Positions 1-11,842 of a DNA stretch of 64,000 nt are shown piece by piece (positions within the stretch are counted from its first letter, which is position 1; every line of letters begins with the position of its first letter). Origin of the DNA: Piedraia hortae CBS 480.64. Taxonomy: Eukaryota. The translations under genes were made by a program, and so were the position numbers. The DNA lies in assembly GCA_010093745.1 (NCBI GenBank), contig MU005971.1, positions 1 to 64,000 on the forward strand, given 5' to 3'. The notes below the pieces were generated by a model. That model was not told where the DNA came from and searched no databases. It worked only from the letters and a program-made list of their open reading frames with translations.

Positions 1-98
1 TTATTAGTAACCGTCGCTCGGCTCTCGACTTCACGCGTCAACTAGTTTTCCGTAGAGATTTGTATGCAGGTACACATCTGCTCACAATTATAATAAGA
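1..98. repeat. Dispersed intergenic repeat, copy R1 (runs off the window start)
   Basis: Aligns by eye to 10600-10701 with about 12 substitutions and one 4-nt indel (ttattagtaa...acgcgtcaactagtttt...ggtacacatctgctcacaatt). Confidence 0.9.
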
Positions 99-237
99 AC
101 GCAGTCAATTTCCAAGTAAAGAATTCAGAGCCATCCAAGCCTCTCTCAAATGAAGTAGCTGAGAATTTCATCGTATATACCTCAAATAAGAGATAGAAAA
201 CAGTATCCAAAAGCAGGGACCAGAAGACTTTTAATAT

Positions 238-376
238 AAAGGTGACTCTCAGATCAAGTCGGCGGAAACGAGACTGAGATACCATCCTATAATGATGTCT
301 AGCTCCAATGACTATTTTACCGCCAACGTGACGCATCAGCGGCATGGGCTGTTCCGCCTACCGACTCCAACCCTAT
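238..376. repeat. Dispersed intergenic repeat, copy R2
   Basis: Aligns to 44888-45026 with about 18 differences in about 140 nt (aaaggtgRctctcagatc...gagactgagata...cgccaacgtg...ccgactccaaccctat). Confidence 0.92.
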
Positions 377-716
377 AACAACTTTGGCGACTTTGAGGAA
401 GAACCTGAATCAACGGGCCGACCCGGCCCGTCTGGCGAATATGCCAAGATGGGGAAGCCCGCAGTTTTTTCCACGAGAAAATGGCGTCAGCCATGTACTG
501 TATCTTTGATTGGCTTTCGCTCTTCCCGACCTAAGAGCGAAGGGGCGAAAGTTCACAATTGTGCGCCTCATCGCCGCAGCTTTTAACCATTGGATAATGC
601 ACGCATAATACTCGAATCGAAAAACGAACTTGCAATTGATACATAATATAAACGACCAACCTCCCAGGGTATCAAAATTTCCCATTTCAAACACCTTACG
701 AAAGCCGATGTAGGGT

Positions 717-2047
717 TTAAGCATACCATCCCCTTCCCCCCACTCTCTGCTCAACATCCTCTTCACGATGCGGGATCATAGGCTCGCGAATATCGAACGC
801 AGTGACTAGAGCCTGCCAGGTGCTATAGTCGAGGGCGAAAACAGCCTGGCGACGTTTCATCTGTTTCGCGCGACGTTCTTCTAGCGAGGGGGCTTCGGTA
901 GGCACTTGGGAGGTGTTAGTGGGAGGGTGTCAGGTTTGGGGGGTGGGGATGGCTTACTGATGGTGGGTAATTCGTTTTCGTCAAAGTCCACGCCGAGGGC
1001 ACCTTCTTTGATGAGGAAACTTGTGTAGAAGAGGTTTTCGACTGTCTGGCCGAAGCTTTTGGGATTGACGCAGAAGTCAAAGAGGGAGACGCCTCCATTG
1101 AGGGCGATGCGGTGTTTTTTGAGCATGGTCTGGCCGTGTTCGGTTTCGAGCTGTTCTGCTGTGAAACCTGCGCGTTCGAGGAAGTTTTGCGCTGTTTCGA
1201 TGTGCTTGTTTAGCTGGTCTAATATGCGGGCGCAGCGGGCTGTTAGGCTATTTTCTTCGGATTGCTGCATGTCGGCTGTGGTTAGGGCTTCGGGACGGGC
1301 TTCTCTGCCGTCCGTATCCTTGGCCTGCCTCGCTCTACGTTGTGTTTGGGTGCGCTTCTTCTTCTCGACGGAGATTGGTCCCTGCAAGAATGAGGGAAGG
1401 GGTGGTTGGCGGTTGAATTGGACACATGCTTCACGTCCCAGATGGGCCCAGTCGAGTTCAGCTTCTACGCCTTCTTCTTCGTCTCCGCGCCGGCCACGAC
1501 GGAGGAAGACGAGAGATTTGGTCAGAAACTCGCCGACGTCTACACCAGTTGATCCATCGCCTAGAACCAGCTGCGCGGCTTTCTTGTTTGCGAGGTCCGA
1601 GACGTTGACGAGCAGTCGCGCGTCCAAAGTCGCGTCACTGGTTTGTTTCACTTGCTGGTATATCCTGTCGGCACGCTTGATAGTGGTGAGAAGATGCTTG
1701 CCATCTCCACGGAACAGCTGGTCGCGTTTGTCTGCGACACATCAGTTTGACTGTACCACAGGACGCGCTCTGGGCCTCGAACCGTTGAAATCGCGCTCCA
1801 ACGCGCGACTTTTGCGCTTTATGATGCGCCGCTCATCCGTCTTTTGGTTCGGGTTGTAGTACTTGTTCAGAATACCTATCTCGTCGCCATCCTCCCCATC
1901 TTCGTCACCGTCATCGTGTATACATTGCCGCTTGTTCGACTGCGTGCCATGGCCAGTACGCGAGCTTTGCCGCATAGTGGACGGGTCAAAATTTTCCTCG
2001 TCTGATGCGCGTGCGTTGGAGTGACGTTTGCTGTTTAGACGTGCCAT
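717..2047 (-). CDS. NSE4: Smc5/6 complex kleisin subunit Nse4 (2 introns, about 1733-1782 and 905-957)
   Basis: Motifs EATLDARLLV-like (DATLDARLLV), LFDFCVNPKSFGQTVENLFYTSFLIKEG, and a C-terminal QAVFALDYSTWQALVTAFDIREPMIPHR. Splice signals include gtaagc...ctaac...aag. Confidence 0.9.
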
Positions 2048-2064
2048 TTCTTCATCCGGATGGA

Positions 2065-2116
2065 ACGCGTCAAAACGCGAACGTTAACGTGAATGTGATG
2101 CGCAAGTCTCACGTGA
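2065..2116. promoter_or_regulatory. 122-bp bidirectional NSE4/VPS34 promoter with MCB-type sites and an E-box
   Basis: ACGCGT at 2065-2070, ACGCGA at 2075-2080 and TCACGTGA at 2109-2116 lie between divergent ATGs at 2047 and 2170. Confidence 0.5.
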
Positions 2117-2169
2117 CCTTCGACCTCACTTCATCCATACAATGGACGTTGGTGGCTGTAGACGACGAC

Positions 2170-4946
2170 ATGGAGCCTTTTACATTTGCCAGCTCTTCGG
2201 ATTTACGTTTAGAAGTTGCTGTCAAGGTGTGGGTGCTCCCTTTTCCCAACTCTCTAGCCGCTAATTGGCCAGAAATCGACTCGAAGGCTATGAAAAGCCG
2301 CTGCCCTACTCTACTCTTCTCAGACGGTCCGATTTGAGGCACCGTGGTAGCAATTTAAGTTATCATAGTGAGCTATATGTAACCGCACAGCTATATGCAG
2401 ATTCAAAGCCTCTTGGCGTCTCAGCGCAGACACCATATAAGCACTTTAAGAGCGCGCGTGTTTGGAACCAATGGCTCACGCTGCCAGTTGAATACCGTAC
2501 CTTACCTTGCAGTACCCAGTTAGCCATAACTGTTTGGGATTTTAACCCGGTTAATCCAGAAGGAGGTGACCAGAGTCATCACGCTCCATTTGGGGGTACC
2601 ACTATCCCGCTTTTCGATGAAGATGCTGTATTGCGAACAGGAAGGCAGAAATGCCGTATCTGGCGGCACAAGGCTGCTGATGGGTTTTCAAACACATCAA
2701 CACCATGGCAAAAGCCTCGTGGACGGGGAGAGCGTGAGCGGCAGCCAGAGACACCGGCACCTGATACAAGACGATCCAAGAGAGAGGCTGAACTGGAACG
2801 TCTTTCTGGACTGTTGAAGAAGCACGAAGCAGGCGAGATACCTGAAGTAAAATGGCTTGATTTCATGGTATTCCAGCACATCGCCCAGCTTGAGCGCCAA
2901 TCTGTTCGAGATTCCACGCAGCTTGCATCTCTGCAGCCCTCCAATGCAGGTGCAGATGACTCTGACGTGGCAAACGGATTGTTTTTCTTGTTTATCGAGT
3001 TACCTCGTTTTGATCATCCAGTTGTGTTCACAGATTATGAATACCCTCCACCTCCAATCGCCAGCTTAAAGCCTGCCGCTACACAGACAGTCGGTCCGGT
3101 GAACTTCAAACCGCCGCCAGAAGTTCGTTTGGGGCCTGGCATCCACGCTGACAGTCGTTATGAGTCGGATGGTGCTTTGCTTCATATCTACGACCCAGAG
3201 ATTGGCTATGGGGACAATCCGGCCGAATCAAAGCACCGTCGCCTAATTCGTGGCCAAAGAAATGCACTTGATCGGGATCTGAAGCCCAACCCCAAGATGC
3301 GTGACTATCTCCATAAAGTCATGAGTTATGGACCCATGGTGGAGTTGACAGACAAGGAGAAGGATGAAGTTTGGCGCTTCCGTCATCATTTGACTCGGGA
3401 CAAGCGAGCATTAACCAAGCTCGTCAAATCAGTCAATTGGAACGAGACGGCAGAGAGTCTTCAGGCCATTTCTCTACTCCCTAAGTGGGCTGAGATTGAG
3501 ATTGATGACGCCCTTGAACTTCTCGGTCCGGCAGTCTCCAACGCAACAGTTCGTGCTTACGCGGTCGATCGGCTGCGCAAGGCGGATGATGAGGAGCTGC
3601 TTTTCTACCTCCTCCAGCTGGTACAGGCGGTGAAGTTCGACCCACCCAGGGAGAGCTCAGATAACGCTTCAGATCCCTCACTCGCTTCTTTTCTCATAGT
3701 CCGATCAGCAGCCAACCTGAAGCTTGGAAATTTCCTTTACTGGTATTTGATGGTTGAGCTGGACGAGAACAACATCCACCCGTCAGATGGAAACCGCAAG
3801 CTCTATGCGAGGCTGAGCTACGACTTCATGCGTGAGTTGGATGCAACTCCAAAAGGCCGCGAGAGGAGAACACTGCTCCGACGCCAAGCTGAACTCGTCA
3901 CAATCCTCTCCAAGATCAGCAGAGACGTGCAACAATCCCGAGGTGATCGCCTTAAGAAAATCAAACGTCTCAATACGCTCCTCTCAGACCCAAAATACGG
4001 ACTTAAAGACTTCGAACCCCTCCCACTCCCCCTAGACCCAGACATCTCCATCACAGGCATAATAATCGAAAACTGCAACGTCTTCAAATCAAGCCTCTCT
4101 CCCCTTCGCCTTGACTTCCGCCGCGACAACGGCGAGGAGTACCCCCTCATCTTCAAGACAGGTGATGACCTCCGCCAAGACCAACTGGTCATCCAAATCA
4201 TAGCCCTCATGCACCGCCTCCTCCTTAAAGAGAACCTCGACCTCAAACTAACCCCCTACCACATCCTCGCCACCTCCCTCTCCGATGGCGCCGTTCAATT
4301 CGTGCCTTCAGTCCCCCTCTCCATAATCCTCACAACCCCCAAATACAAAAACTCCATCCTTGGCTACCTACGATACCACAACCCCCCCTCAGAAAACGGC
4401 GCCTCCATCCTCGGCGTCCGCAAAGACGCAATGGACACGTACGTCAAGTCCGTGGCGGGCTACAGCGTCATCACCTACATACTAGGCATCGGCGACCGAC
4501 ACTCGGATAATCTCCTCCTCTCCCCCGACGGCCACTTCTTCCACATCGATTTCGGGTACATCCTCGGCCGAGATCCAAAACCCATGGCCCCCCTAATGCG
4601 CCTCTCGCGAGAAATGGTCGACGGAATGGGCGGCGCAGCAGCCACAATGCACAAAGAATCCCAGTTCGAAGCGTTTAGACAGTATTGTTTCACCGCATAT
4701 ATGACGCTACGGAGACAGTCGTCGTTGATTCTGAATCTGCTGGCGCTGATGCAGGACGCGAGGATCCCTGGACTGGCGGTTTTTGGGACAGAGGCGGTGC
4801 ATAAGGTTGAAGAGAGGTTTAAACTCGAGATGAGTGAGGCGGAGGCTGTGACGTTTTTTAGCAGGATGGTGGAGAGTGAGATTTCGTCGTGGAGTGGTCA
4901 GATTATTGATCGGTTGCATGCATTTACGCAGGGGTGGAAGGCCTGA
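2170..4946 (+). CDS. VPS34: Class III phosphatidylinositol 3-kinase (one short 5' intron, about 2229-2272)
   Basis: MEPFTFASS start, C2 domain, helical domain (DDALELL), and kinase motifs FKTGDDLRQDQL, GIGDRHSDN and HIDFGYILGRDPKP. Confidence 0.97.
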
Positions 4947-5052
4947 GATCTCCTAGCCTGGGGTTGATATTGTATCAGACAGCAGTTAGTATGGGCAGCT
5001 CTGATATTGATAATTGAAAATGTAATTCTCATTCGTCTGAACGAACATGCAG

Positions 5053-6578
5053 TCATCTACGCCCTCTGAGCTTAACCTCGAAAAATCTAATCGGTGGGTA
5101 CAACATCGCAGCAAGCACAAAAGCAACTTCAAACCCAACATCACCTGTATGTTTAGCTATTGGTCCAGTGTAGAGTACCTGACCCATACACGGGACGATA
5201 AGACCAAACGGAACCGCCATGGCAGCCAGTGCCGCAAGACCCGTAGGTAACCTCCTCGCATCATTCCAAGTCTCGTGATCGTACCCCGGGTTCCCCTTCC
5301 TTCGGAACAACAAGTGTTCCATGATAACAATCGCCACAAACGCTGACGCCCAGTATCCGATTATCCCGATGAAGTTCTCGAGGTTCTCGTAGAACGTGCC
5401 CGACGCTTTGATTGAAATCGGGATTACGATGGCTGTTATTACGACTGCGAAGACTGCTCGTGGGACTTTTACAAGCCAGGGTATTAGGAGTTGGAAGTTT
5501 AGCGTGATGCTGTACATTGTCGCTGCGATGTTTCCGACAATGGAAAACGCGATTAACACGACGAGGAACTTGCCGAATCCACCGACTGGATCCAGCATTG
5601 CGGCGAGAACGCCGCCCCCGGAGTCCTTTTTGTTGGCGTCAGACCAGGCGGGGACGTTGGGCATAGCGCCCCCGATGGCTGCGCCGAGAACCATAAGCGG
5701 GATGGTGGGGATGTTGATGCCGAAGAATGTGTAGGAGAAGACTTTCCAGCTGGAGGTTTGCGGTTGCATGTAGGTGGCAAAGTCCGAGGCCAGCGCCGCC
5801 CAGGGCACGACGTAGCCGGCTATGAGGCCGGCGAAAGAGAGGACGGCCGAGGCTGGAATCGACTCAACTTTGGCCTGGCGATGTAGCTGGTGGCCACCAA
5901 CACCAGTTGCTACGATGATTGCGATCAATGCTGGTATCCAGGCATATCTTTCGTACAGGTGGAGGATTCTGAAGCCGCAGAAGCAGACTATCATCGAGAC
6001 CAAGGCTACGATGACGATTCCGACTGTAGGCGATAGGCTTCCTCCACCAACAGCAGAAAGCGTCTGTCCTCCGAGAACGCTATCAAGGATGCAGAAACCG
6101 GTCAGGGTGGCCATGTTAAGTATGACGGGAATGCAGACGGGAAAATAGCCAAAGCTATAGCGGGCTTGGATCATCTGCCTCATCCCCGTCTTTGGGCCGA
6201 TTGTGGCCAAGTAGCCAACGGGAACGGCACCGAGGAGGGAGAAGAAGAGGATGACCAAGGCTGATGCCCGTAGGTCAAGGCCAAAGATGAGTGTTCCTGT
6301 CATGCCGGTTACAATTCTAGCTTTGTCAGTGTCTTGGGACGCAGAATGGTTATATACGACTATACATACGGCAGTGGGCTTATGCACATTGAGATCCATA
6401 GCGTAAATATGTCGCGTGTGTGTGGATTGATGCGCTCTTCGATCGGAACAGGTTGGATTCCTCGGGACTCGAACGATTGCGACGATGTGAGTTTTGAGAA
6501 CCCATGACGGTACTTTCCTGAGGCATCTGCTTGGCTTGCTGGTGAGCCGAGGACTTTTTCCTCGTCGTAAGTCGCCAT
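5053..6578 (-). CDS. FCY2: Purine-cytosine permease (NCS1 family, Fcy2-like); intron 6317-6369
   Basis: ESRGIQPVP, GPKTGMRQMIQARYSFG and about 12 hydrophobic segments. Intron gtatgt...ctgac...tag. Confidence 0.85.
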
Positions 6579-6723
6579 CTTTTGCGGCAAGTGGCGGGAC
6601 AAGACGAAGAGATTAGGAAGCCGACTTTGCTTGACATCTGGCCACGAGTGCCATCTTGAACCGCTTACTGTGGCAAAAGGAAAGAGAAAAGGATTTGTAG
6701 CTGATAGCAGACTGTATCAAACT

Positions 6724-8064
6724 ATGATAGGACCCCGACGGCTGCCACAAACGGCCTCGGCGTTCCCGGGACGACGCGCTTCCCCGACGTCACCGCAAAC
6801 GTCGCAATCAGTTGCCCCAACGGCTGTTGGCAGGCCCGACAGCGTCCGCTCGCTCATTGTCATGCCAGAAATGCTGCAAAAAGTTGGTTCATTGTCGTCG
6901 CATGCCACAGCCGTCCCGCCGTCCGCAACCGACCACGAACCCGCCGCCAGGCTCGAGTCTGATCCGCGCGCACCGCAAAGCATTCCGCCATGGGTGCACA
7001 TGGGTTGCGACGAGGCCGATGCCTTTCTCCCCAAGCCATCTGTGCCCGACCATACGGTGCCCAACTCCCGACACTATAGACCGCCGCCAGCGAACTACAA
7101 GCCCGGCCGCAAATGGGATCATGTTCGGTCCGCCTCGCCGCCCTATGTCAGAGAGACCCTGCCCGAGCAGCAAGCAAGATGGCAGCCGATAATGGCTAGT
7201 AGCCCCAACCCGAAGGAGCAGTCTGCCCATGCGCGTATCATGGACGATCGCTGGATGGAGGCGAACATGGCAGCCGTCATTGGGCTCGGATGGAGAGAAG
7301 AGGACGATTGGGCGGCAGACGGCACTCATCAGAGCCCGGCACCTGTTGGCTTCCAGGGCTTAATGTACCACGGAAAGTGGTTGATTAGCCCGGAAAGGCA
7401 GGAAAGGACAGTCAGGCTGTTCTGGGTAAGTTGTTCGTTTTGCCCGCCAGGTTTGTAACTGACAAAAACCTTCCAGCGGTTGTTGCTCAAGAACCCCTTT
7501 GTGCCCTTGGCATTTCGCCTTTGCGTTCTCATTTTTTCTGCAGCAAGTGTAGGCATCGCGGCCGGCATGCAAGAGGCCATCAAACATGCCAACAGCGATG
7601 CAAACTCAACTAATAATTGTGCAGCTCGTGCATCGACCTACATGGCTATATGTGTTGGAACAGTGGCTATTCCGTATCTTGGTTACGTAACGTGGGACGA
7701 GTACATGTCGAAGCCGTAAGTACACCACGCAGGAACCCCGCCTTTGTCTAACGATTACAGGCTCGGCTTGCGGTCTGTGGCGGCCAAGACGCTCCTGTTA
7801 CTCTGCGATCTCTACTTTGTTGTCTTTGCCGCATCAAACCTAAGTTTGGCATTTGATTCCCTCTACGACCACGGCTGGGCTTGCTATGCCGATTTCGATG
7901 GCAAGGACAAGGTAAGCATACCCAGCTCATGTCCCAGCAACCATCACATCTGCAGCCAACAAAAGGCCCTCTCGGCAATTTTGTTCATCTCACTAGGAGC
8001 CTGGCTGTTGACATTCAGTGTGAGCGTCATGCGGGTGGTCGAGAAACTGCGGCCCGATCCCTAG
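6724..8064 (+). CDS. SRF1: Srf1-like regulator of phospholipase D (introns about 7426-7477 and 7716-7760)
   Basis: LLKNPFVPLAFRL, TWDEYMSKP|LGLRS and ASNLSLAFD, with four C-terminal TM segments. The start codon is uncertain. Confidence 0.75.
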
Positions 8065-8236
8065 CTCAAGGTCTGGGCGTGTTCTTATTGTGCTGGTTAG
8101 CGGTTCTGTGCATAGCGGGTTACGTCATTCATGATATCATGCATATGTGGGGTCTCTCGGAGTCGGTGCATGTCCCTTCCGAAGCGTGAATAAGAACGAT
8201 TTGCCCACATTCAGATTCTCCCACTCACAATCAAGC

Positions 8237-9480
8237 ATGTCTGATCTTTTCAAGCCCGCACCTGAGCCCAAGACGGAGTTGGGACGCTACCGCGTTCTCT
8301 CTTCTCTTGCCGGCATTCGATGCTCGCCCCTCCAGCTGGGTGCCATGAGCATCGGCGATGCCTGGTCTGGATTCATGGGCTCCATGTCCAAAGAACAGAG
8401 CTTCAAGCTGCTTGATGCTTTTTATGACGCTGGTGGTAACTTTATTGACACGTACGAAAGCCATATTCGATAGTCGACCCTGCTGACTACCTAATTTAGT
8501 GCCAACAACTATCAAAATGAGCAGTCTGAAACCTGGATTGGCGAGTGGATGAAGGAGAGGGACAACAGGGACTACATGGTCATCGCCACAAAGTTCACGA
8601 CGCCTTACAAGACCGGCTCTGGCAAGGCCCAGGCCGTGAACTTTTGCGGGAACCACAAGAGATCTCTGCACATGTCCTTGAGGGACAGTCTGAAGAAGCT
8701 GCAGACGGGTAAGACTTTCCATTCTGATATCATGTCCAACTCACGCGACTAGATTGGATCGACATCCTCTATGTCCACTGGTGGGACTGGTCCACTTCGG
8801 TTGAGGAGATGATGGACTCGCTCGACGAAGTGGTTAAGCAGGGCAAGGTCTTGTACCTGGGAATCTCTGATACCCCAGCGTACATTGTGTCCATGGCCAA
8901 CACGTATGCCAAGGCTCATGGCAAGACGCCCTTCGCCGTCTATCAGGGCCGTTGGAACGTCATGGTCCGCGACTTGGAGCGCGAGATCCTTCCCATGTGC
9001 CGTCTATTCGGAATGGCGATTGCCCCTTGGGATGTCATTGGCGGCGGTCGTTTCCAGACCAAGAAGCAAATGGAGGAGCGTCAAAAATCAGGTGAGGGTA
9101 TCCGTACCATGCTGGGCGGCTCCGAGCAATCCGAGAACGAGAAGAAGGTGTCTGCGGCTTTGGAAGAGGTTGCAAACGAGCTTGGCAAGTCCATCTCGGC
9201 CGTTGCCCTGGCTTATGTGATGAGCATGGCGCCCAACGTCTTCCCTATTGTTGGCGGGAGGAAGGTCGAGCATCTCATGGACAACATCGAGTCACTGAAG
9301 ATCAAGTTGACGGATGAGCACATCAAGAAGTTGGAGGCTGCTGTGCCTTTCAACGTGGGCTTCCCCATGGACTTCATCGGCGAGGACCCACATACCAACG
9401 GCGGTAAGTCGGCGTTCCTAACGGCTTCGGCTGCCCCCTTGGCCTGGGTGCAATCCGCAAAGTCCATTGCGCATCAGTAG
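8237..9480 (+). CDS. Aldo-keto reductase, aryl-alcohol dehydrogenase/norsolorinic acid reductase type (2 introns)
   Basis: [39 protein letters not shown] and [13 protein letters not shown]. Confidence 0.92.
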
Positions 9481-9520
9481 AGTGTAATGCAGGATGATAA
9501 TGTGACGGATTTGCAATGAT

Positions 9521-10462
9521 TCATCCCTGTACCTTGTGCTCCAGGTGCGTTGACAAGTATTCCACCATCTCCTTTCCGTCCGACTGGTTCGAAACCCTTC
9601 CACCCCAAACAACCTCCCACCTGCCCTCCACGCACTTCATACGAGGACACTGCTCAAACACCGTAGCCCACAACCTTCTCATCTTCCTCCTCTTTAACTC
9701 CCCCATCTCTTCCCCCTTCCCCCCAACAAGCCAACAAGGCGGCATCCTCTCCCCAACAACCAAGTCGAGCGGGGAAATCGCCTCCTTCGTACCCACTCTA
9801 ACCCGCCTCTGAACCTGGACCTCCCACGCCCTTCCTTCCGCGAGAGCCTTTAGACGGAACCACTCCTCCTCCGGCAACGGCGGATGCAATCTCTCCAACG
9901 TATTCGCATACCACCTCCTCACAACATTCCGAACCCTGCAAAGCGGCATAGGCCTTAACCATGCAGTCCTCTCCTCCACATTCGGCATGACATGTCTCAG
10001 CATCGGGCGGGTCAAATGCGGCGGCGGGTGGCGGGCCTGCGAATCAATCAGCGCTCTTAGTTGGGGTTTTATCTGCGGGATGTAAGGGTCCAGCCTCCCG
10101 GCGTTGACTTCCTTAGCCGTTGGGACGGGGACGTAGAGGTGTTGGGACTTGTTGCTGCGGGAGAGGAGGGGTTGGAGGAGTTCGCGTCTTCGTCGACCCG
10201 TGCGGCCGTAGACGTGTAGGAGGAGTTTGAGAAGGGAAGGGTGGTGGCCTTTGTTGGCGCGGGAGAGGAGGTAGAGACTTTGGCGGGCTTGGTGCAGTTT
10301 TTGGAAGGGGGGGAAGTGGTTGGAGGTTCGGTGGGCGGTTTTGTGGAAGTGGTGAGAGGCGTACGCTCGCACCCAGAGACGCACGAAGGAGTCGGGGAGG
10401 TAGCTCGCTTCGCGGAGGATGGAACGGTAGAGGTGGATGGTTTGCGTTCGGATGGTGGTCAT
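9521..10462 (-). CDS. LYR-motif mitochondrial protein (Cup1-like N-terminus)
   Basis: HLYRSILREASYLPDSFVR, and YGRTGRRRRELL. The ATG at 10462 is preferred over the upstream ATG at 10600. Confidence 0.7.
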   Translation of the reverse strand: MTTIRTQTIHLYRSILREASYLPDSFVRLWVRAYASHHFHKTAHRTSNHFPPFQKLHQARQSLYLLSRANKGHHPSLLKLLLHVYGRTGRRRRELLQPLLSRSNKSQHLYVPVPTAKEVNAGRLDPYIPQIKPQLRALIDSQARHPPPHLTRPMLRHVMPNVEERTAWLRPMPLCRVRNVVRRWYANTLERLHPPLPEEEWFRLKALAEGRAWEVQVQRRVRVGTKEAISPLDLVVGERMPPCWLVGGKGEEMGELKRRKMRRLWATVFEQCPRMKCVEGRWEVVWGGRVSNQSDGKEMVEYLSTHLEHKVQG

Positions 10463-10599
10463 TGGTGAGGTGGCTGGTGGCTGGTGGCTGGTGGCTGTGG
10501 TGGAAACTGGGGATTCGATGGTCTTCTTCAATGGTGTTCCCTTACGGTTCGATATCCAGTGGTTTGGATGTGCTGTGAATATGCGGTATATTACGCGCA

Positions 10600-10701
10600 T
10601 TATTAGTAATCGGCACTCGGCTCTTGACTTGACGCGTCAACTAGTTTTGTGTAGAGACTTGTACGCATACTGGTACACATCTGCTCACAATTGTAACAGG
10701 A
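10600..10701. repeat. Dispersed intergenic repeat, copy R3
   Basis: Matches 1-98 and contains the palindrome TTGACGCGTCAA (10629-10640). Confidence 0.9.
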
Positions 10702-11048
10702 TGGCGTCGGTCTGGTTAGTCAGCAGCTTCCTGATTCGGTAACTGTGGAAAGTCCAAGGGCGGATGAGATGTTGGCTTGGACACGGGGGTAATGTAGATA
10801 TCAGGAGGGTCTGGATAATTGTGTATTTTGTAAGGTGGGTGGCGATATGGGCTACTGGCCCTGAGTAGTCAGACAGACGATAGAAAGGCAACATCGGTCC
10901 AGAATCAGATGGGACAATGCCCCATCGCTTCACGTTCTTGATTGCCGTCTTGCCTTGCCTGTATCGCCCATCCAAGTGTAGATTCCATACGTGACGTGCA
11001 CCGTGTTCTCTGCAAACTGCCACCACACCACCACACAACACACCCAGC

Positions 11049-11786
11049 ATGACAAGCAGCGCAGTCCTATACAACACCGCCCTGCGCCAAAGCAAATCCC
11101 TCCGTAACGACCTCAGCGCCCTCAGCACCAACCCTTCCCCGGACATCGCTTTGCAAGGCCAAGTGGCCAGCTCCCTGACCGCCTTCTCACGCACTCTAGA
11201 CGAGTACCAAAAGAGCATCGACATCGAGCTTGTCCCCTCCAAAGTCGAAAAATCCCGCTCTCGAATCGCCCAATTCAAAGAAGATCTAGCCTCTTTCCGG
11301 ACGCAATTTGCAGCTGCCAAAGCCGAGCGCGAACAGCAACAGCTCGAAAACAACCGCAGCGCGTTATTCGCGGAAAGTAGCAGACGGCGGGTCGGGGAAC
11401 ATGCCACTGATGGTGGAGCATCCCTCGCGGAGAATCCCTACTCCGATGCTGCGGTCCGCGAGAGGGTGTACGGTGCTGCAGGGAGGAGCGCGATGATAAC
11501 GCAGCAGGAGCTCGCATCGAGGGAGCAGAGTTTCTTCTCGAACACAAATCGTGCGTTGGACGAGTACCTCGAGCGTGGGCGTGCGGTGCTTGGGGATCTG
11601 TCAGATCAGAAGGGCGTATTGAAGGGGACGCAGAGGAAACTATATTCCGTGGGCACGACGCTGGGGATCAGCGGGGATACGATCCGTATGGTTGAGCGAA
11701 GAGCGAGGTCTGATAAGTGGATTTTCTGGGGCTGTGTTGTTATCTTTGTTGTTTTCGTCTATCTCGTACTAAGGTACTTGAAATAA
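11049..11786 (+). CDS. BOS1: ER-Golgi Qb-SNARE Bos1
   Basis: SNARE helix LKGTQRKLYSVGTTLGISGDTIRMVERRARSDKWIFWG followed by a C-terminal TM anchor. Confidence 0.92.
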   Translation: MTSSAVLYNTALRQSKSLRNDLSALSTNPSPDIALQGQVASSLTAFSRTLDEYQKSIDIELVPSKVEKSRSRIAQFKEDLASFRTQFAAAKAEREQQQLENNRSALFAESSRRRVGEHATDGGASLAENPYSDAAVRERVYGAAGRSAMITQQELASREQSFFSNTNRALDEYLERGRAVLGDLSDQKGVLKGTQRKLYSVGTTLGISGDTIRMVERRARSDKWIFWGCVVIFVVFVYLVLRYLK

Positions 11787-11842
11787 GACTAGAACCTCTA
11801 CCGTGATGCTGTGTACATCTATCCCCTGCCCTCTAGTAAATA

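Noticed and set aside
420..496. Faint 5S rRNA resemblance on the minus strand (GTGGAAAA...GGGCTTCCC...GCCAGACG)
   Set aside because: Only short matches to a remembered consensus; the 3' half and internal control region do not fit. An Rfam cmsearch would be needed.
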